Sequence record: SRR2962707_5461
Length of the DNA: 64,000 nt
Direction: 5' to 3' (one strand)
Shown here: one piece after another, positions 18,666-28,844 of the stretch
How the letters are laid out: every line of letters begins with the position of its first letter
Numbering within the stretch: the first letter of the stretch is position 1
Program-made: the position numbers and the translations under genes
The notes under the pieces: model-generated
Databases searched by the model: none
Told to the model about the DNA's origin: nothing
The model's input: only the letters and a program-made list of their open reading frames with translations

Positions 18666-20450
18666 ATGCAAGACGAAACGACATTGAATGTGAAAAAACA
18701 ACAAGAAACCGCGTCTGGGATGTCACTGTATTTCAGGTTATTAGGCTACGTAAAGCCATCAATAGTGTATTTCCTATTAAGTGTGTTTGGCTATATTTTA
18801 TACTCTTCCATGCAGCCGGCGTTAGCCGCATTGCTTAAGTACATTGTAGATGTTGTCTCAAATGGCACTGTGGTTGAAGGGCGTATGCTAATCCCAATGG
18901 CCATTCTTGGTGTTTTCTTAGTGCGTGGGGTAGGGACCTTTTTGGGTAGTTACTGCATGGCTAAAGTCGCCAATAACGTGGTGTTTGACCTGCGAACCAG
19001 CATGTTTAATAAAATGGTGACCTTGCCATCCAGTTATTTTAACAACATGCCAAGCGGCCGTTTATTGGCGAAGTTAACCTACGACACAGAGCGAGTCATC
19101 GATTCTGTTACCCAAGCCATTCAGGTGATTTTGCGAGAAGGGTTAACCGTTGTCGGTTTGCTGGGGTATATGTTGTTCATCAACTGGCGCCTTTCTTTAT
19201 TATTTTTGTTTGTGATTCCAATTATCGGCTTGGTTGTTCGGTACGCTTCTAAACGTTTTCGTAAATTAAGCCTGAAAATTCAAAATGCCATGGGTGGTGT
19301 GACAGATGTGGCCTCTGAAGCGATTAAAGGTCATGAGGTTATTAAAATTTTTGGCGGTAATGAATACGAAACTCGACGCTTTTATAAAGCGGTGCAAGAA
19401 AACCGTCGCTCACAACTGAAAATGGAATTAACCAAGGCGTTGAATGTGCCTATTATTCAGTTTGTTATTGCGATTTCTTTGTCGCTATTGATTTGGTTAG
19501 CGTTAGATCCTGCTATTTCAGCAAGTATGTCTGCCGGTGATTTTGTTGCCTTCATCGGTGCTGCAGGTATGTTGAGTAAGCCGATGAGACAGCTGACGTC
19601 AGTAAACAGCATTTTGCAAAAAGGCATTGCTGCAGCTCAGAGTATTTTTGCCTTTTTGGATCTGGACAGTGAAAAAGACACCGGAAGTAAAACGGCAGAT
19701 CGCTTGAAAGGGGACATTAGCTGGAAAGGGTTAACCTTCAGTTACCCTGGAATGGATAAGGACGCCTTGAGTGATGTCACCTTGTCCTTGCCCGCGGGTA
19801 AAAAGCTTGCGTTGGTTGGTCGTTCAGGCAGTGGTAAGTCTACTTTAGCCAACCTGATTCCGCGTTTTTATGATGTGAACGATGGTTGCTTGTTCATTGA
19901 TAATGAAAATATCAATGACTACCAACTAGATGATCTGCGTAAAAACATTGCTTTAGTTAACCAGCAAGTCGTACTTTTCAATGGCACTATTCAAGAAAAT
20001 ATTGCTTACGGTGGCTTGAAAGACGCTTCAGAAGAAGAGGTGATTGAAGCCGCAAAAGCCGCGAATGCTTGGGGCTTTATCCAAGAGTTAGAGCTTGGTT
20101 TGCAAACATTGGTGGGAGAAAACGGCGTATTGCTTTCTGGTGGTCAGCGCCAGCGTCTTGCAATCGCCCGAGCGATTCTAAAAAATGCGCCTATCCTGAT
20201 TCTTGATGAAGCGACTTCTGCACTGGACACAGAGTCTGAGCGTGCGATTCAGCAGGCGTTAGACACATTGATGGAAAACCGTACGACTATTGCCATCGCG
20301 CATCGACTGTCTACGATTGAGAACTCAGATATCATTGCGGTCGTGGATCATGGCCAAATTGTTGAAATGGGTTCCCACAGTGAATTGTTGGCGAAGAATG
20401 GGGCCTATGCACAGCTTCATAATCAACAATTTAGCGATGTTGCTGAATAA
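18666..20450 (+). CDS. msbA: Lipid A flippase ABC transporter
   Basis: 6-TM domain plus NBD (GRSGSGKST, LSGGQRQR, LDEATSALD); LPS locus context. Confidence 0.94.
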   Translation: MQDETTLNVKKQQETASGMSLYFRLLGYVKPSIVYFLLSVFGYILYSSMQPALAALLKYIVDVVSNGTVVEGRMLIPMAILGVFLVRGVGTFLGSYCMAKVANNVVFDLRTSMFNKMVTLPSSYFNNMPSGRLLAKLTYDTERVIDSVTQAIQVILREGLTVVGLLGYMLFINWRLSLLFLFVIPIIGLVVRYASKRFRKLSLKIQNAMGGVTDVASEAIKGHEVIKIFGGNEYETRRFYKAVQENRRSQLKMELTKALNVPIIQFVIAISLSLLIWLALDPAISASMSAGDFVAFIGAAGMLSKPMRQLTSVNSILQKGIAAAQSIFAFLDLDSEKDTGSKTADRLKGDISWKGLTFSYPGMDKDALSDVTLSLPAGKKLALVGRSGSGKSTLANLIPRFYDVNDGCLFIDNENINDYQLDDLRKNIALVNQQVVLFNGTIQENIAYGGLKDASEEEVIEAAKAANAWGFIQELELGLQTLVGENGVLLSGGQRQRLAIARAILKNAPILILDEATSALDTESERAIQQALDTLMENRTTIAIAHRLSTIENSDIIAVVDHGQIVEMGSHSELLAKNGAYAQLHNQQFSDVAE

Positions 20451-20452
20451 TT

Positions 20453-21679
20453 ATGTGGCTTTATCGTCTTCTCTTGTTGGCATTGACGCCGCTTATCTTA
20501 GTCAAGGTTCGGCGCTTTAGAAAAAGCTACCCTGCGTATCGAGCTCGTGAAGCCTTTGGTTTTTGGCAGCCGGTTAAAGCGGATATTTGGATTCATTGTT
20601 CGTCGGTTGGCGAAGTGTTGGCGGTGCGACCTTTGGTGGCTCAATGGGTAGAAAAATACCCTGAGCGTCCCATTTTGATCACCACAATGACGCCGACTGG
20701 TGCCGAACAAGTCGAAAAAACGTTTCCGTTTGCGGTTCACCGATACTTGCCTATGGATTGGCGGTGTGCGGTGAAACGTGCCTTAAAGCAGATTGAATGT
20801 GATCGTTTACTGATTGTGGAAACAGAGCTTTGGCCAAACCTTCTCCTTCAGGCGAAGCGAAAAGGTTTGCGTATCAATATCGTGAATGCTCGTTTAAGTG
20901 AACGCTCCTTTAAGCAGTACCAGAGATTTTCTCGACTATCGAAGCGTTTGATGGCATTGCCGAACAGTTTCTTAGCCCATGCACAGGCAGACGCGGAGCG
21001 CTTCAGTGCATTAGGGGCGAATAATGTATTGGTCACAGGCAGTATTAAGTTTGATTTGAGCGTGCCTGATTCGGTGGCTGAACAAAACTGGCATCGCCAA
21101 ATGTCGAGCTCGTTTGTTTGGACCGCAGGCAGCACGCACAATGGTGAAGATGAGCCTTTGTTAAAAGCCCATCAAGCGTTAGTGGAAAAGTACCCAGATG
21201 CCTTATTGATTCTAGTGCCTAGGCATCCAGAGCGTTTTCAAAGTGTGTATCAACTAGCGTGTGAATATTTTGACAAGGTTGCTTTGCGTAGTCAGGTAGA
21301 GCCGCAATGTTGGGCGGGGCTTAACGTTGTTATCGGTGACTCTATGGGTGAACTGATGCATTATTATCAGGCGGCAGACTTGGCTTTTGTTGGTGGTAGT
21401 TTGGTAAAACGAGGCGGCCATAATCCCATTGAACCTGCTTTGCTGGCTCGTGCCACATTGGTTGGGCCCTTTACGTTTAACTTTGCGGATATCACTGAGC
21501 AGTTGATAAAGCAGCATGGGGCGATTCGTTGCCAGAATGCAGATCAGCTACAAGAGGTGGTTATTTCACTGGCAGGCAAACACAGTCAGTGTCATCGTCT
21601 TGGGCAGGCTGCGTTGCGTTTTGCACAGCAAAATCAAGGGGCGGTCACACGGGTTTTATCTGAAATAGACTTCCGTTAA
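20453..21679 (+). CDS. waaA: Kdo transferase
   Basis: WIHCSSVGE, ETELWPN, NARLSERS, AGSTH, PRHPERF, DSMGEL, GGHNPIEP. Confidence 0.96.
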   Translation: MWLYRLLLLALTPLILVKVRRFRKSYPAYRAREAFGFWQPVKADIWIHCSSVGEVLAVRPLVAQWVEKYPERPILITTMTPTGAEQVEKTFPFAVHRYLPMDWRCAVKRALKQIECDRLLIVETELWPNLLLQAKRKGLRINIVNARLSERSFKQYQRFSRLSKRLMALPNSFLAHAQADAERFSALGANNVLVTGSIKFDLSVPDSVAEQNWHRQMSSSFVWTAGSTHNGEDEPLLKAHQALVEKYPDALLILVPRHPERFQSVYQLACEYFDKVALRSQVEPQCWAGLNVVIGDSMGELMHYYQAADLAFVGGSLVKRGGHNPIEPALLARATLVGPFTFNFADITEQLIKQHGAIRCQNADQLQEVVISLAGKHSQCHRLGQAALRFAQQNQGAVTRVLSEIDFR

Positions 21680-21706
21680 ACGACTCTTTACAATAGTCCC
21701 ACTATA

Positions 21707-21806
21707 TATCTCATGGGGTGTTTTGGTTGTGTTTTAGCCAAAACTGAGAAGCCTTTGCTAACCCATTGAACCTGATCCAGATCATGCTGGCGTAGGAATC
21801 GAGATA
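21707..21806 (+). ncRNA. TPP riboswitch
   Basis: GGGGTG...CTGAGAA...ACCC..GAACCTGATCCAGATCATGCTGGCGTAGGAA; P1 TATCTC/GAGATA; downstream CGCTC/GAGCG hairpin covers the thiB RBS. Confidence 0.96.
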
Positions 21807-21860
21807 GCAAGCCTTCCTTGCCATTTCCCCTGTACGCCGCTCATTTTTAGGAGCGACACA

Positions 21861-22862
21861 ATGAATAAGTTTTTACTAAGCAGCTGTGCCATCGCAGGGG
21901 CGTTACTGTCTTTCTCAAGTTCTTCTTTTGCTGAAACCTTGAACGTTTATACCTATGACTCTTTTGCTTCTGATTGGGGACCAGGTCCAAAAATCAAAGC
22001 CAATTTTGAAAAGGAATGTGGGTGTGACGTTAACTTCGTAACGGTTGATTCTTCGGTTGGTATCTTGTCTCGGGTACAGCTGGAAGGGAAAAGCTCAGAA
22101 GCGGATGTGGTGTTAGGCTTGGACCTTAATTTAATGCAAAAGGCCAAGCAGACTGGATTATTGGCAGAGTCAGGTGTCGACACAAGTCATGTTGTGACCC
22201 CCACACCTTGGACAGACCCGGTTTTTGTGCCTTTTGATCAAGGCTATTTTGCTTTTATCTATAACTCAGAAACCTTGTCATCACCACCGACGAGTTTGCA
22301 GGACATTGTAGAGAATCAAAATCTGCGGGTGATTTATCAAGACCCAAGAACCAGCACCCCAGGGTTGGGGTTATTACTTTGGATGAAGGCGGTATACGGT
22401 GACAAGGCTGCAGATGCGTGGGCGACACTTGCCAAGCATACCGTGACGGTTACCAAAGGCTGGTACGACGGTTACAGTCTGTTCTTGAAAGGTGAGTCGG
22501 ATGTCGTGTTGAGTTATACAACGTCTCCTGCTTATCATGTGGTCGCAGAAGGGAAACATCAGTATAAAGCCGCGCCTGCGAGTGAAGGTTTTTACCCTCA
22601 AGTGGAAGTGGCGGCGATGTTAAAAAATGCCCCTCATCCAGCCTTAGCGAAACAATTTATGTCATTTATTTTAACGCCTGGTTTTCAGTCCACGGTGGCT
22701 ACAGGTAACTGGATGTTTCCTGTGATCAAGCAAGACAAACCGCTGCCGGCGGTATTCAAGACCTTGCCTAAACCTACCAAGGTATTGACCTTGGACGCCG
22801 ATGAGGTGGCACAACAACGTAAAGCTTGGATAAATGAATGGCTTGAGGCAACGACGCGCTAA
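21861..22862 (+). CDS. thiB: Thiamine ABC transporter substrate-binding protein
   Basis: Signal peptide, YTYDSFASDWGPGP, DPRTSTPG, SYTTSP. Confidence 0.95.
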   Translation: MNKFLLSSCAIAGALLSFSSSSFAETLNVYTYDSFASDWGPGPKIKANFEKECGCDVNFVTVDSSVGILSRVQLEGKSSEADVVLGLDLNLMQKAKQTGLLAESGVDTSHVVTPTPWTDPVFVPFDQGYFAFIYNSETLSSPPTSLQDIVENQNLRVIYQDPRTSTPGLGLLLWMKAVYGDKAADAWATLAKHTVTVTKGWYDGYSLFLKGESDVVLSYTTSPAYHVVAEGKHQYKAAPASEGFYPQVEVAAMLKNAPHPALAKQFMSFILTPGFQSTVATGNWMFPVIKQDKPLPAVFKTLPKPTKVLTLDADEVAQQRKAWINEWLEATTR

Positions 22863-24466
22863 TGATTTACCGCTTGTCAGTCATGCGTCAGTTGGTGCGG
22901 CTATTGCCCGCGTTAATTGGCGTCTTGCTTTTTGTGCTTGTTGGAGCCGCCAGTTTGGCGGCTCTTTTACATCATATGGACATGTCGCAGTGGAAAGGCT
23001 ATTTACAAGACGCCTACTTGTGGCGAATTATTCGATTTTCATTGTGGCAGGCTCTATTAAGTAGCGTGCTCAGTTTGCTGATTGCTATTCCGGTAGCCTC
23101 TTGCTTGAGTCATCGGGAATTTAAAGGCAAACGGGTTTTGTTGCAGCTGTTTGCTGTGTCTATGGTGGTGCCTACCATAGTGGCAATTTTAGGCATTGTG
23201 GTGGTTTATGGTCGCTCAGGCTGGCTAGCAGATGGGGTGGGGATTCATGTGCCCCTTTATGGCTTGTTAGGGATTCTGCTGGCGCATGTTTTTTTTAATA
23301 TGCCATTGGCAGTGCGTTTGCTTATTCAAGGGTATGATTTGATCCCTTCTGGCCAATGGCGGCTCGCGTCGCAACTGGGGTTTTCAAGAGGAACCTCCTT
23401 TCGTCTTATTGAATGGCCTTACATTAAGAAAGTGTTGCCAGGCGCTTTTGTATTGATCTTTATGCTTTGTTTTTCCAGCTTTTCTGTGGTGTTAAGTTTA
23501 GGTGGCGGGCCTAAATCCAGCACCTTAGAAGTTGCTATCTACCAAGCGCTACGCTTTGATTTTGATTTGGATAAAGCCAGTTTTTTATCGCTTCTTCAGG
23601 TGGCGATTTGTACCTTGGTCGCGACCTTGATTTATAAAGTGGCTCCTAAGAATCAGCAAGACGTTAGTTTGTTGAGGGCGCAATGTTATTTTGTCAAAGA
23701 CACGCGTATAGCTCGTTGTTTTGACGGTTTTATCATGACGCTGGCGCTGCTGTTGGTGCTCCCCCCTTTTGTCGCTATTTTTGACCCTATTTTCTCAGCC
23801 CAATTTTTGCCAACTTTATTGGCGCCAGCAACGTGGCAGGCGTTGTGGGTGTCATTAAAAATAGCGCTGCCTGCGGCCATGTTAAGTGTGTTGTTAGGGG
23901 GCTGCTTTGGGGTGTTGGCTCGCATGGCAATGGGTCGAGGCTGGTGGGATTTTTTGCCCAGTAAATTAGAGCATTTGGGGAATATGATTTTGATGGTGCC
24001 CGGGCTTGTGTTGGCGACAGGGCTTTTTCTGTTATTGCGTAGCCTTGGTTTCGGACTGCAATCCAGCTATTGGGTGGTGGTGTGGGTGAATGCCGTGATG
24101 GCGTTGCCTTTTGTGCTTAGGGTGTTGATGCCCGTGTTGTACCAGCAAGAGAGGCGTTATCGAAATGTGTATTCGAGTCTCGGTATTTATGGTTGGTCGC
24201 GCTTTAAAATTGAGTGGTCGTTAATTCGCTCGAGCGTGGCTCAAGCGTTAGGATATGCACTCTTGTTGTCATTGGGTGATATGGGGGTTATCGCGCTATT
24301 TGGTAGTCAAGGGTTGGTGTCCCTGCCTCTTTACTTGTTCCAGTTGGTTGGTTCTTACCGTTTAGAAGAAGGGGCTTGTGTTGCGGTGATATTGATTTCT
24401 CTTTGTCTTATTTTGTTTTATCTTGCCACGCGCGTTATCGGAGGAAAGTCAGATGTTAGAGATTAA
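22862..24466 (+). CDS. thiP: Thiamine ABC transporter permease
   Basis: AHVFFNMPL, TLEVAIYQAL, duplicated permease domains; overlaps the thiB stop. Confidence 0.93.
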   Translation: MIYRLSVMRQLVRLLPALIGVLLFVLVGAASLAALLHHMDMSQWKGYLQDAYLWRIIRFSLWQALLSSVLSLLIAIPVASCLSHREFKGKRVLLQLFAVSMVVPTIVAILGIVVVYGRSGWLADGVGIHVPLYGLLGILLAHVFFNMPLAVRLLIQGYDLIPSGQWRLASQLGFSRGTSFRLIEWPYIKKVLPGAFVLIFMLCFSSFSVVLSLGGGPKSSTLEVAIYQALRFDFDLDKASFLSLLQVAICTLVATLIYKVAPKNQQDVSLLRAQCYFVKDTRIARCFDGFIMTLALLLVLPPFVAIFDPIFSAQFLPTLLAPATWQALWVSLKIALPAAMLSVLLGGCFGVLARMAMGRGWWDFLPSKLEHLGNMILMVPGLVLATGLFLLLRSLGFGLQSSYWVVVWVNAVMALPFVLRVLMPVLYQQERRYRNVYSSLGIYGWSRFKIEWSLIRSSVAQALGYALLLSLGDMGVIALFGSQGLVSLPLYLFQLVGSYRLEEGACVAVILISLCLILFYLATRVIGGKSDVRD

Positions 24467-25169
24467 TCTCCAATACGATTGGGAGCAATTTCATGCCGCC
24501 TATCAAGTGTCTATTGAACCTGGCATGACAACCTTGCTGGGGGCGAGTGGGGAAGGCAAAAGCACCTTGCTTCATTTACTTGGTGGGTATTTGAAAGGAC
24601 GCGGAACCTTGTCTTATCAAGGCGAGGATTTTTCAGGCTTAGCGCCTTTTGAACGTCCCATCTCTACCTTGTTTCAAAGTGACAATCTTTTTCCTCAGCT
24701 AACGGTTTGGCAGAATGTCGCTGTGGGACTTGAGCCGTCAATGCGGCTGACGAATGAGCAGCAGGAAAAAGTGGAGTGGGCCTTGTTGCAAACACAGTTA
24801 ATGGCGAAGCGGGATCAATACCCTCAAGCCTTGTCTGGTGGGCAGGCGCAGCGGGTCGCGATCGCCAGAGTGTTGGTGCGTAAAAAACCCATCTTGTTGT
24901 TAGATGAACCCTTTAGCGCCTTGGACCCTATGTTACGAGAAGAGATGCTCAAGCTGGTTCACGATGTAACAAAAGAGTTTCATTTGACGACGGTTTTTGT
25001 GTCCCACATGCCAAGCGAGGCCTTGTTGGTTGGTGGGCGCGTGATGTTGATCGCAGGCGGTCGAGTTGTGGCCCATGAAACGGCCGATGTCTTAGCCTCT
25101 GATGTTATTCCTAGCACTTTTTCTCATTACCTTGGCACGGCAAATCGTTCGACAAATGAGATGAAATGA
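24453..25169 (+). CDS. thiQ: Thiamine ABC transporter ATPase
   Basis: GASGEGKST, LSGGQAQR, LLDEPFSALD. Confidence 0.93.
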   Translation: MLEINLQYDWEQFHAAYQVSIEPGMTTLLGASGEGKSTLLHLLGGYLKGRGTLSYQGEDFSGLAPFERPISTLFQSDNLFPQLTVWQNVAVGLEPSMRLTNEQQEKVEWALLQTQLMAKRDQYPQALSGGQAQRVAIARVLVRKKPILLLDEPFSALDPMLREEMLKLVHDVTKEFHLTTVFVSHMPSEALLVGGRVMLIAGGRVVAHETADVLASDVIPSTFSHYLGTANRSTNEMK

Positions 25170-25233
25170 TTTAATTGTTGAGTCGTGCGCGGTCACTGTT
25201 TGGCCGTATTATTACAATGGAAGTGAGGTGTGT

Positions 25234-26112
25234 GTGTCACTGGAACTCAATGAGAAGCAGAGGCTAAAAAAAGGCATATTGCTGACGATTGCTTATGCGT
25301 TTGTTATGTCGGTGACTGGGCTTGCTGCAAAGCAGGTGCAGACGACGATAGCGGTTCCAGTGTTGGTATTTTGGCAGAGTGTTTTTTGTGTCGCCGTGCT
25401 CTATCCGCAATTACGAGGTCGCTGGCAGCGCCGACCTATCGCTATTTGGAAAATTCATTTTCTACGCAGTGTGGGAGGATTTACAGGCTTTTTGTTTTAT
25501 TACTGGGCGCTCAATCACATCCCTTTGGTTGAAGCGACCTTGTTGCGTTACTGTGCGCCACTTTGTGTGCCCTTGGTGGTGTTTATTATGCATAAAGTGG
25601 CTGTGCCAAGCGCCCGTTGGGTCCCTCTTGTTATTGGCTTTATTGGCGTGGCTTGTATTATTCAACCGACGCCAGAGCACCTTAATCCGTGGCATTTAAT
25701 CGGTTTTCTATCCGCCATTGGTTTGGCTTTTTCTATGGTGACGACTCGTATGTTGTCTCATCAGGTGAGTGGTCAAGAAACCATGATGATTTATTTTTTG
25801 ATCTCGGCAGGGCTGTCATTCTGCTTAGTGTTAATACAAGGAGACAGTTTGTTATTGCCAATGGCGAGTTGGCCATTGGTCGCGGTAGTTTGTATCACCT
25901 TGTATGTTGGTATGTTTCTCTACACCAAGGCCTACACTTATGCACCGGCGAGTGTGGTTTCTCCGGTGAGTTATGCCGGCGTAGTATTTAGTGGCTTATG
26001 GGGATGGATGGTGTGGGGGCATGTACCAGATGCCTTTGCTTATGCGGGGATGGCATTGATCTTTATAAGCATCCTTATTAGTACCCGCATCGCAAAGAGT
26101 CAAAGTGCCTAG
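25234..26112 (+). CDS. DMT/EamA-family transporter
   Basis: About 10 TM segments; KAYTYAPASVVSP; GTG start after GAGG. Confidence 0.88.
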   Translation: MSLELNEKQRLKKGILLTIAYAFVMSVTGLAAKQVQTTIAVPVLVFWQSVFCVAVLYPQLRGRWQRRPIAIWKIHFLRSVGGFTGFLFYYWALNHIPLVEATLLRYCAPLCVPLVVFIMHKVAVPSARWVPLVIGFIGVACIIQPTPEHLNPWHLIGFLSAIGLAFSMVTTRMLSHQVSGQETMMIYFLISAGLSFCLVLIQGDSLLLPMASWPLVAVVCITLYVGMFLYTKAYTYAPASVVSPVSYAGVVFSGLWGWMVWGHVPDAFAYAGMALIFISILISTRIAKSQSA

Positions 26113-27017
26113 TGTTGTTCGGCTGGTTTGAGTTGCATCAGTTTTTTGTTTAATAGGGTGGCGACGAAAATGCCCGAAAAAATCAAAACAATGCCAATGT
26201 AGTGGAAGTGATAAAGTTGTTCGCCAAGAAACAGCACAGAGAGTGAAATGCTAAACACAGGTAACAGATGAATAAATTGCCCTGCAGTGGCAGCCCCTAG
26301 CTTTTGTACACCTAAGTTCCAGCAAAGGAATGCCGCCAAAGAAGCAAACAATCCCATGTAGAGCAAAGTTCCCCAATTAATGGCGGATAACTCATTAAGC
26401 GACGTTGTGCCGAAAATGAAGAACAGCGGTGCTTGAATGGCGGTGCCAACGAATGCCGTGGTCGTAAAAAAGCCGATAAGAGACATCCCTTTGGGGCGTT
26501 TAGCGATCAAAACAGAATACACGGCCCAACTGATTGCCGCGGTAATGATCCATAGATCCCCTTGGGATATGGTCAAATGCAGAAGAGTGTCTAGGCTGCC
26601 TCGACTAATAATTTCAATCGCGCCTATGGTTGATAGAAGTATGCCTACGTTTTGTAGCCAGCTGGTTTTGCTGCCGAGTAATAGCCTAGCTGTGATGAGG
26701 ATGATAACAGGCACAATGGCGTTGAGCAGCACGGCGTTGGTGACACTGGTTGAGGTTAAACCAATGTATAAAAAAAGGTTGTAGTTACAAATACCTAGCC
26801 AGCTAAACAGTAACAGCAGAGGCCAGTTCTTCACAATTATCGCGCGTTCTGCCCAGACTTTTTTGTAGGCAAAAGGCAGTATGATCAGGCAGGCAATACT
26901 CCAGCGTAAGAAAGAAATAGAAAAGGGGTCAATGCCTTCAGAAACGGTGAAACGTCCTAGTACATAATTACCAGACCAAAAAAGCACTGGCAGCAGCAAG
27001 TAAACAAAAGCGGGCAT
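26109..27017 (-). CDS. DMT/EamA-family transporter
   Basis: LFWSGNYVLGR, GDLWI, WNLGVQKLGA, FLGEQL. Confidence 0.9.
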   Translation of the reverse strand: MPAFVYLLLPVLFWSGNYVLGRFTVSEGIDPFSISFLRWSIACLIILPFAYKKVWAERAIIVKNWPLLLLFSWLGICNYNLFLYIGLTSTSVTNAVLLNAIVPVIILITARLLLGSKTSWLQNVGILLSTIGAIEIISRGSLDTLLHLTISQGDLWIITAAISWAVYSVLIAKRPKGMSLIGFFTTTAFVGTAIQAPLFFIFGTTSLNELSAINWGTLLYMGLFASLAAFLCWNLGVQKLGAATAGQFIHLLPVFSISLSVLFLGEQLYHFHYIGIVLIFSGIFVATLLNKKLMQLKPAEQH

Positions 27018-27121
27018 GTAACATCCTTATTAGAGTGTGGCTGTTTGAGTCAGGTGTCTGATCAAATCGCTCTGACGACAGTCGATTTTAGATTGTCGCC
27101 AGAGTGGTTACCTTACTCTGC

Positions 27122-27874
27122 TTAAAACTTATAAATAATGCCAGCCCTAGCAATGCTTTTATGGTCTTTTTCAACGATCGGGCTGTCTAATACGTTACTG
27201 TTGTATTTCACGTAGGTGGCGCTTAAATTAACCGTCAATGATTGTGTGATTGGGTAAAAACTATTGAGAGTGACACGAGTCATGGTCGTTGAAGGCGCGT
27301 TATAGGCGCTAATGGCCCCGCTTGTTTTTGCCGCTTCAGACGAGCTGACGCCCAATTGATAATCGCTCATTTCGCTGCTCATATAGCGATAGTGGATGGA
27401 CGGAATAAGGCGCCATTTTTGTACTTGAATAGGATAACCCGCGCCGACTTCAGCATAGTAACCACGGTTAGTGTCGCTTACATCTTGGGCGAGTTTGGCC
27501 GAAAAGAAGCCAATCTTCGCATGCACTATGGCCATGACACTGTCGTCACGATCATCCAGTTTTTGAATGTTTTTATCGTCTGAGTCATCAGGATCAAATT
27601 CGGCAAAATGATAGCCAAGACCAACGCCTATATTGCGTTTTGAATGATTTGGCAAAAAATTATAACCAAGCTCTGGCCCTTTTAAGTAGAAATGTTCGCC
27701 AGTATAGGCAACAAACGGAAGCACTTTAGTGTCACTGTCAGTGTCTTTATAAATAGAAGTCGCATAGATGCCCATGGCGCCTACGCTGAAATCACCGCTA
27801 TCAGCCAGAGCCATGGCTGGCGATAATGGAAGTAGGGCGGCGATGAGAATGCCCATGTTACGGCGCGATATCAT
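27122..27874 (-). CDS. MipA/OmpV-family outer-membrane protein
   Basis: Signal peptide, LPFVAY, DSPIVEK, C-terminal YKF. Confidence 0.88.
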   Translation of the reverse strand: MISRRNMGILIAALLPLSPAMALADSGDFSVGAMGIYATSIYKDTDSDTKVLPFVAYTGEHFYLKGPELGYNFLPNHSKRNIGVGLGYHFAEFDPDDSDDKNIQKLDDRDDSVMAIVHAKIGFFSAKLAQDVSDTNRGYYAEVGAGYPIQVQKWRLIPSIHYRYMSSEMSDYQLGVSSSEAAKTSGAISAYNAPSTTMTRVTLNSFYPITQSLTVNLSATYVKYNSNVLDSPIVEKDHKSIARAGIIYKF

Positions 27875-28093
27875 TGAGTTTCTTCCTTATTTAATTAAAG
27901 ACCTAGGTTGTTTTATGGTAAATAGACGAGTGAAATATGTAAACGAATACTAGCTATGCCTATTTATTTATAAGAGTGCGCGGGCTAGATAGCGAGCTAA
28001 TTGCTTTAAGGAAAGAAAAACCTTCTTATCAAGGTGCTCTGCGTGTTTATTTATTGTTCTGTATGCTATACAATTCGCGTCCCTGTAAATCTA

Positions 28094-28159
28094 TACTCCT
28101 TGTCTCAAGGCTTCATAACAGGGGGAGCGTAGAGGCTAGAATCCATAAGGAGAGCTTAA
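28094..28159 (+). promoter_or_regulatory. S6:S18-responsive rpsF leader (autoregulatory RNA)
   Basis: CTCCTT (28096-28101) pairs with the SD AAGGAG (28147-28152); GTCTC/GAGGC helix; CCR motif just before the SD. Confidence 0.7.
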
Positions 28160-28567
28160 ATGCGTCATTATGAAATCGTCTTTCTGGTTCACCCAGATCA
28201 AAGCGAACAAGTACCAGCAATGGTTGAGCGTTACACTAACCTAATCACTGAAGATGGTGGACAAGTTCATCGTCTAGAAGATTGGGGTCGTCGTCAACTA
28301 GCTTACCCAATCAACAAAATTCACAAAGCACATTATGTTCTTATGAACATTGAGTGTTCTGACAGTGTTTTAGCTGAATTAAACGATACTTTCCGTTATA
28401 ACGATGCAATCATCCGTAACTTGGTGATTCGTTGTAAAGATGCGATTACTGATGTATCTCCTATTAAAGCTTCTGAAGGTCGTGAAGATCGTCGTTCTGC
28501 TCCTCAACGTGAAGAGCGCAACAACGAAACAACTGAAGAAGTTGTTGCTGAAGAATCTGAAGATTAA
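28160..28567 (+). CDS. rpsF: 30S ribosomal protein S6
   Basis: [33 protein letters not shown]. Confidence 0.99.
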   Translation: MRHYEIVFLVHPDQSEQVPAMVERYTNLITEDGGQVHRLEDWGRRQLAYPINKIHKAHYVLMNIECSDSVLAELNDTFRYNDAIIRNLVIRCKDAITDVSPIKASEGREDRRSAPQREERNNETTEEVVAEESED

Positions 28568-28592
28568 TCAATATTTTTATTAGGAGACACGT

Positions 28593-28823
28593 ATGGCTCG
28601 TTTTTTTCGTCGTCGTAAATTCTGCCGTTTTACAGCAGAAGGCGTTAAACAGATCGATTATAAAGATCTAGAAACACTGAAAGGTTATGTTACTGAAACT
28701 GGTAAAATCGTACCTAGCCGTATTACTGGCACTAAGGCACGTTACCAGCGTCAACTAGCGACTGCGATCAAACGCGCTCGCTACATTGCTTTGCTTCCTT
28801 ACACTGATAGCCACTTCAATTAA
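28593..28823 (+). CDS. rpsR: 30S ribosomal protein S18
   Basis: [29 protein letters not shown]. Confidence 0.99.
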   Translation: MARFFRRRKFCRFTAEGVKQIDYKDLETLKGYVTETGKIVPSRITGTKARYQRQLATAIKRARYIALLPYTDSHFN

Positions 28824-28844
28824 TAGGTGGAACGAAGTACCAGA

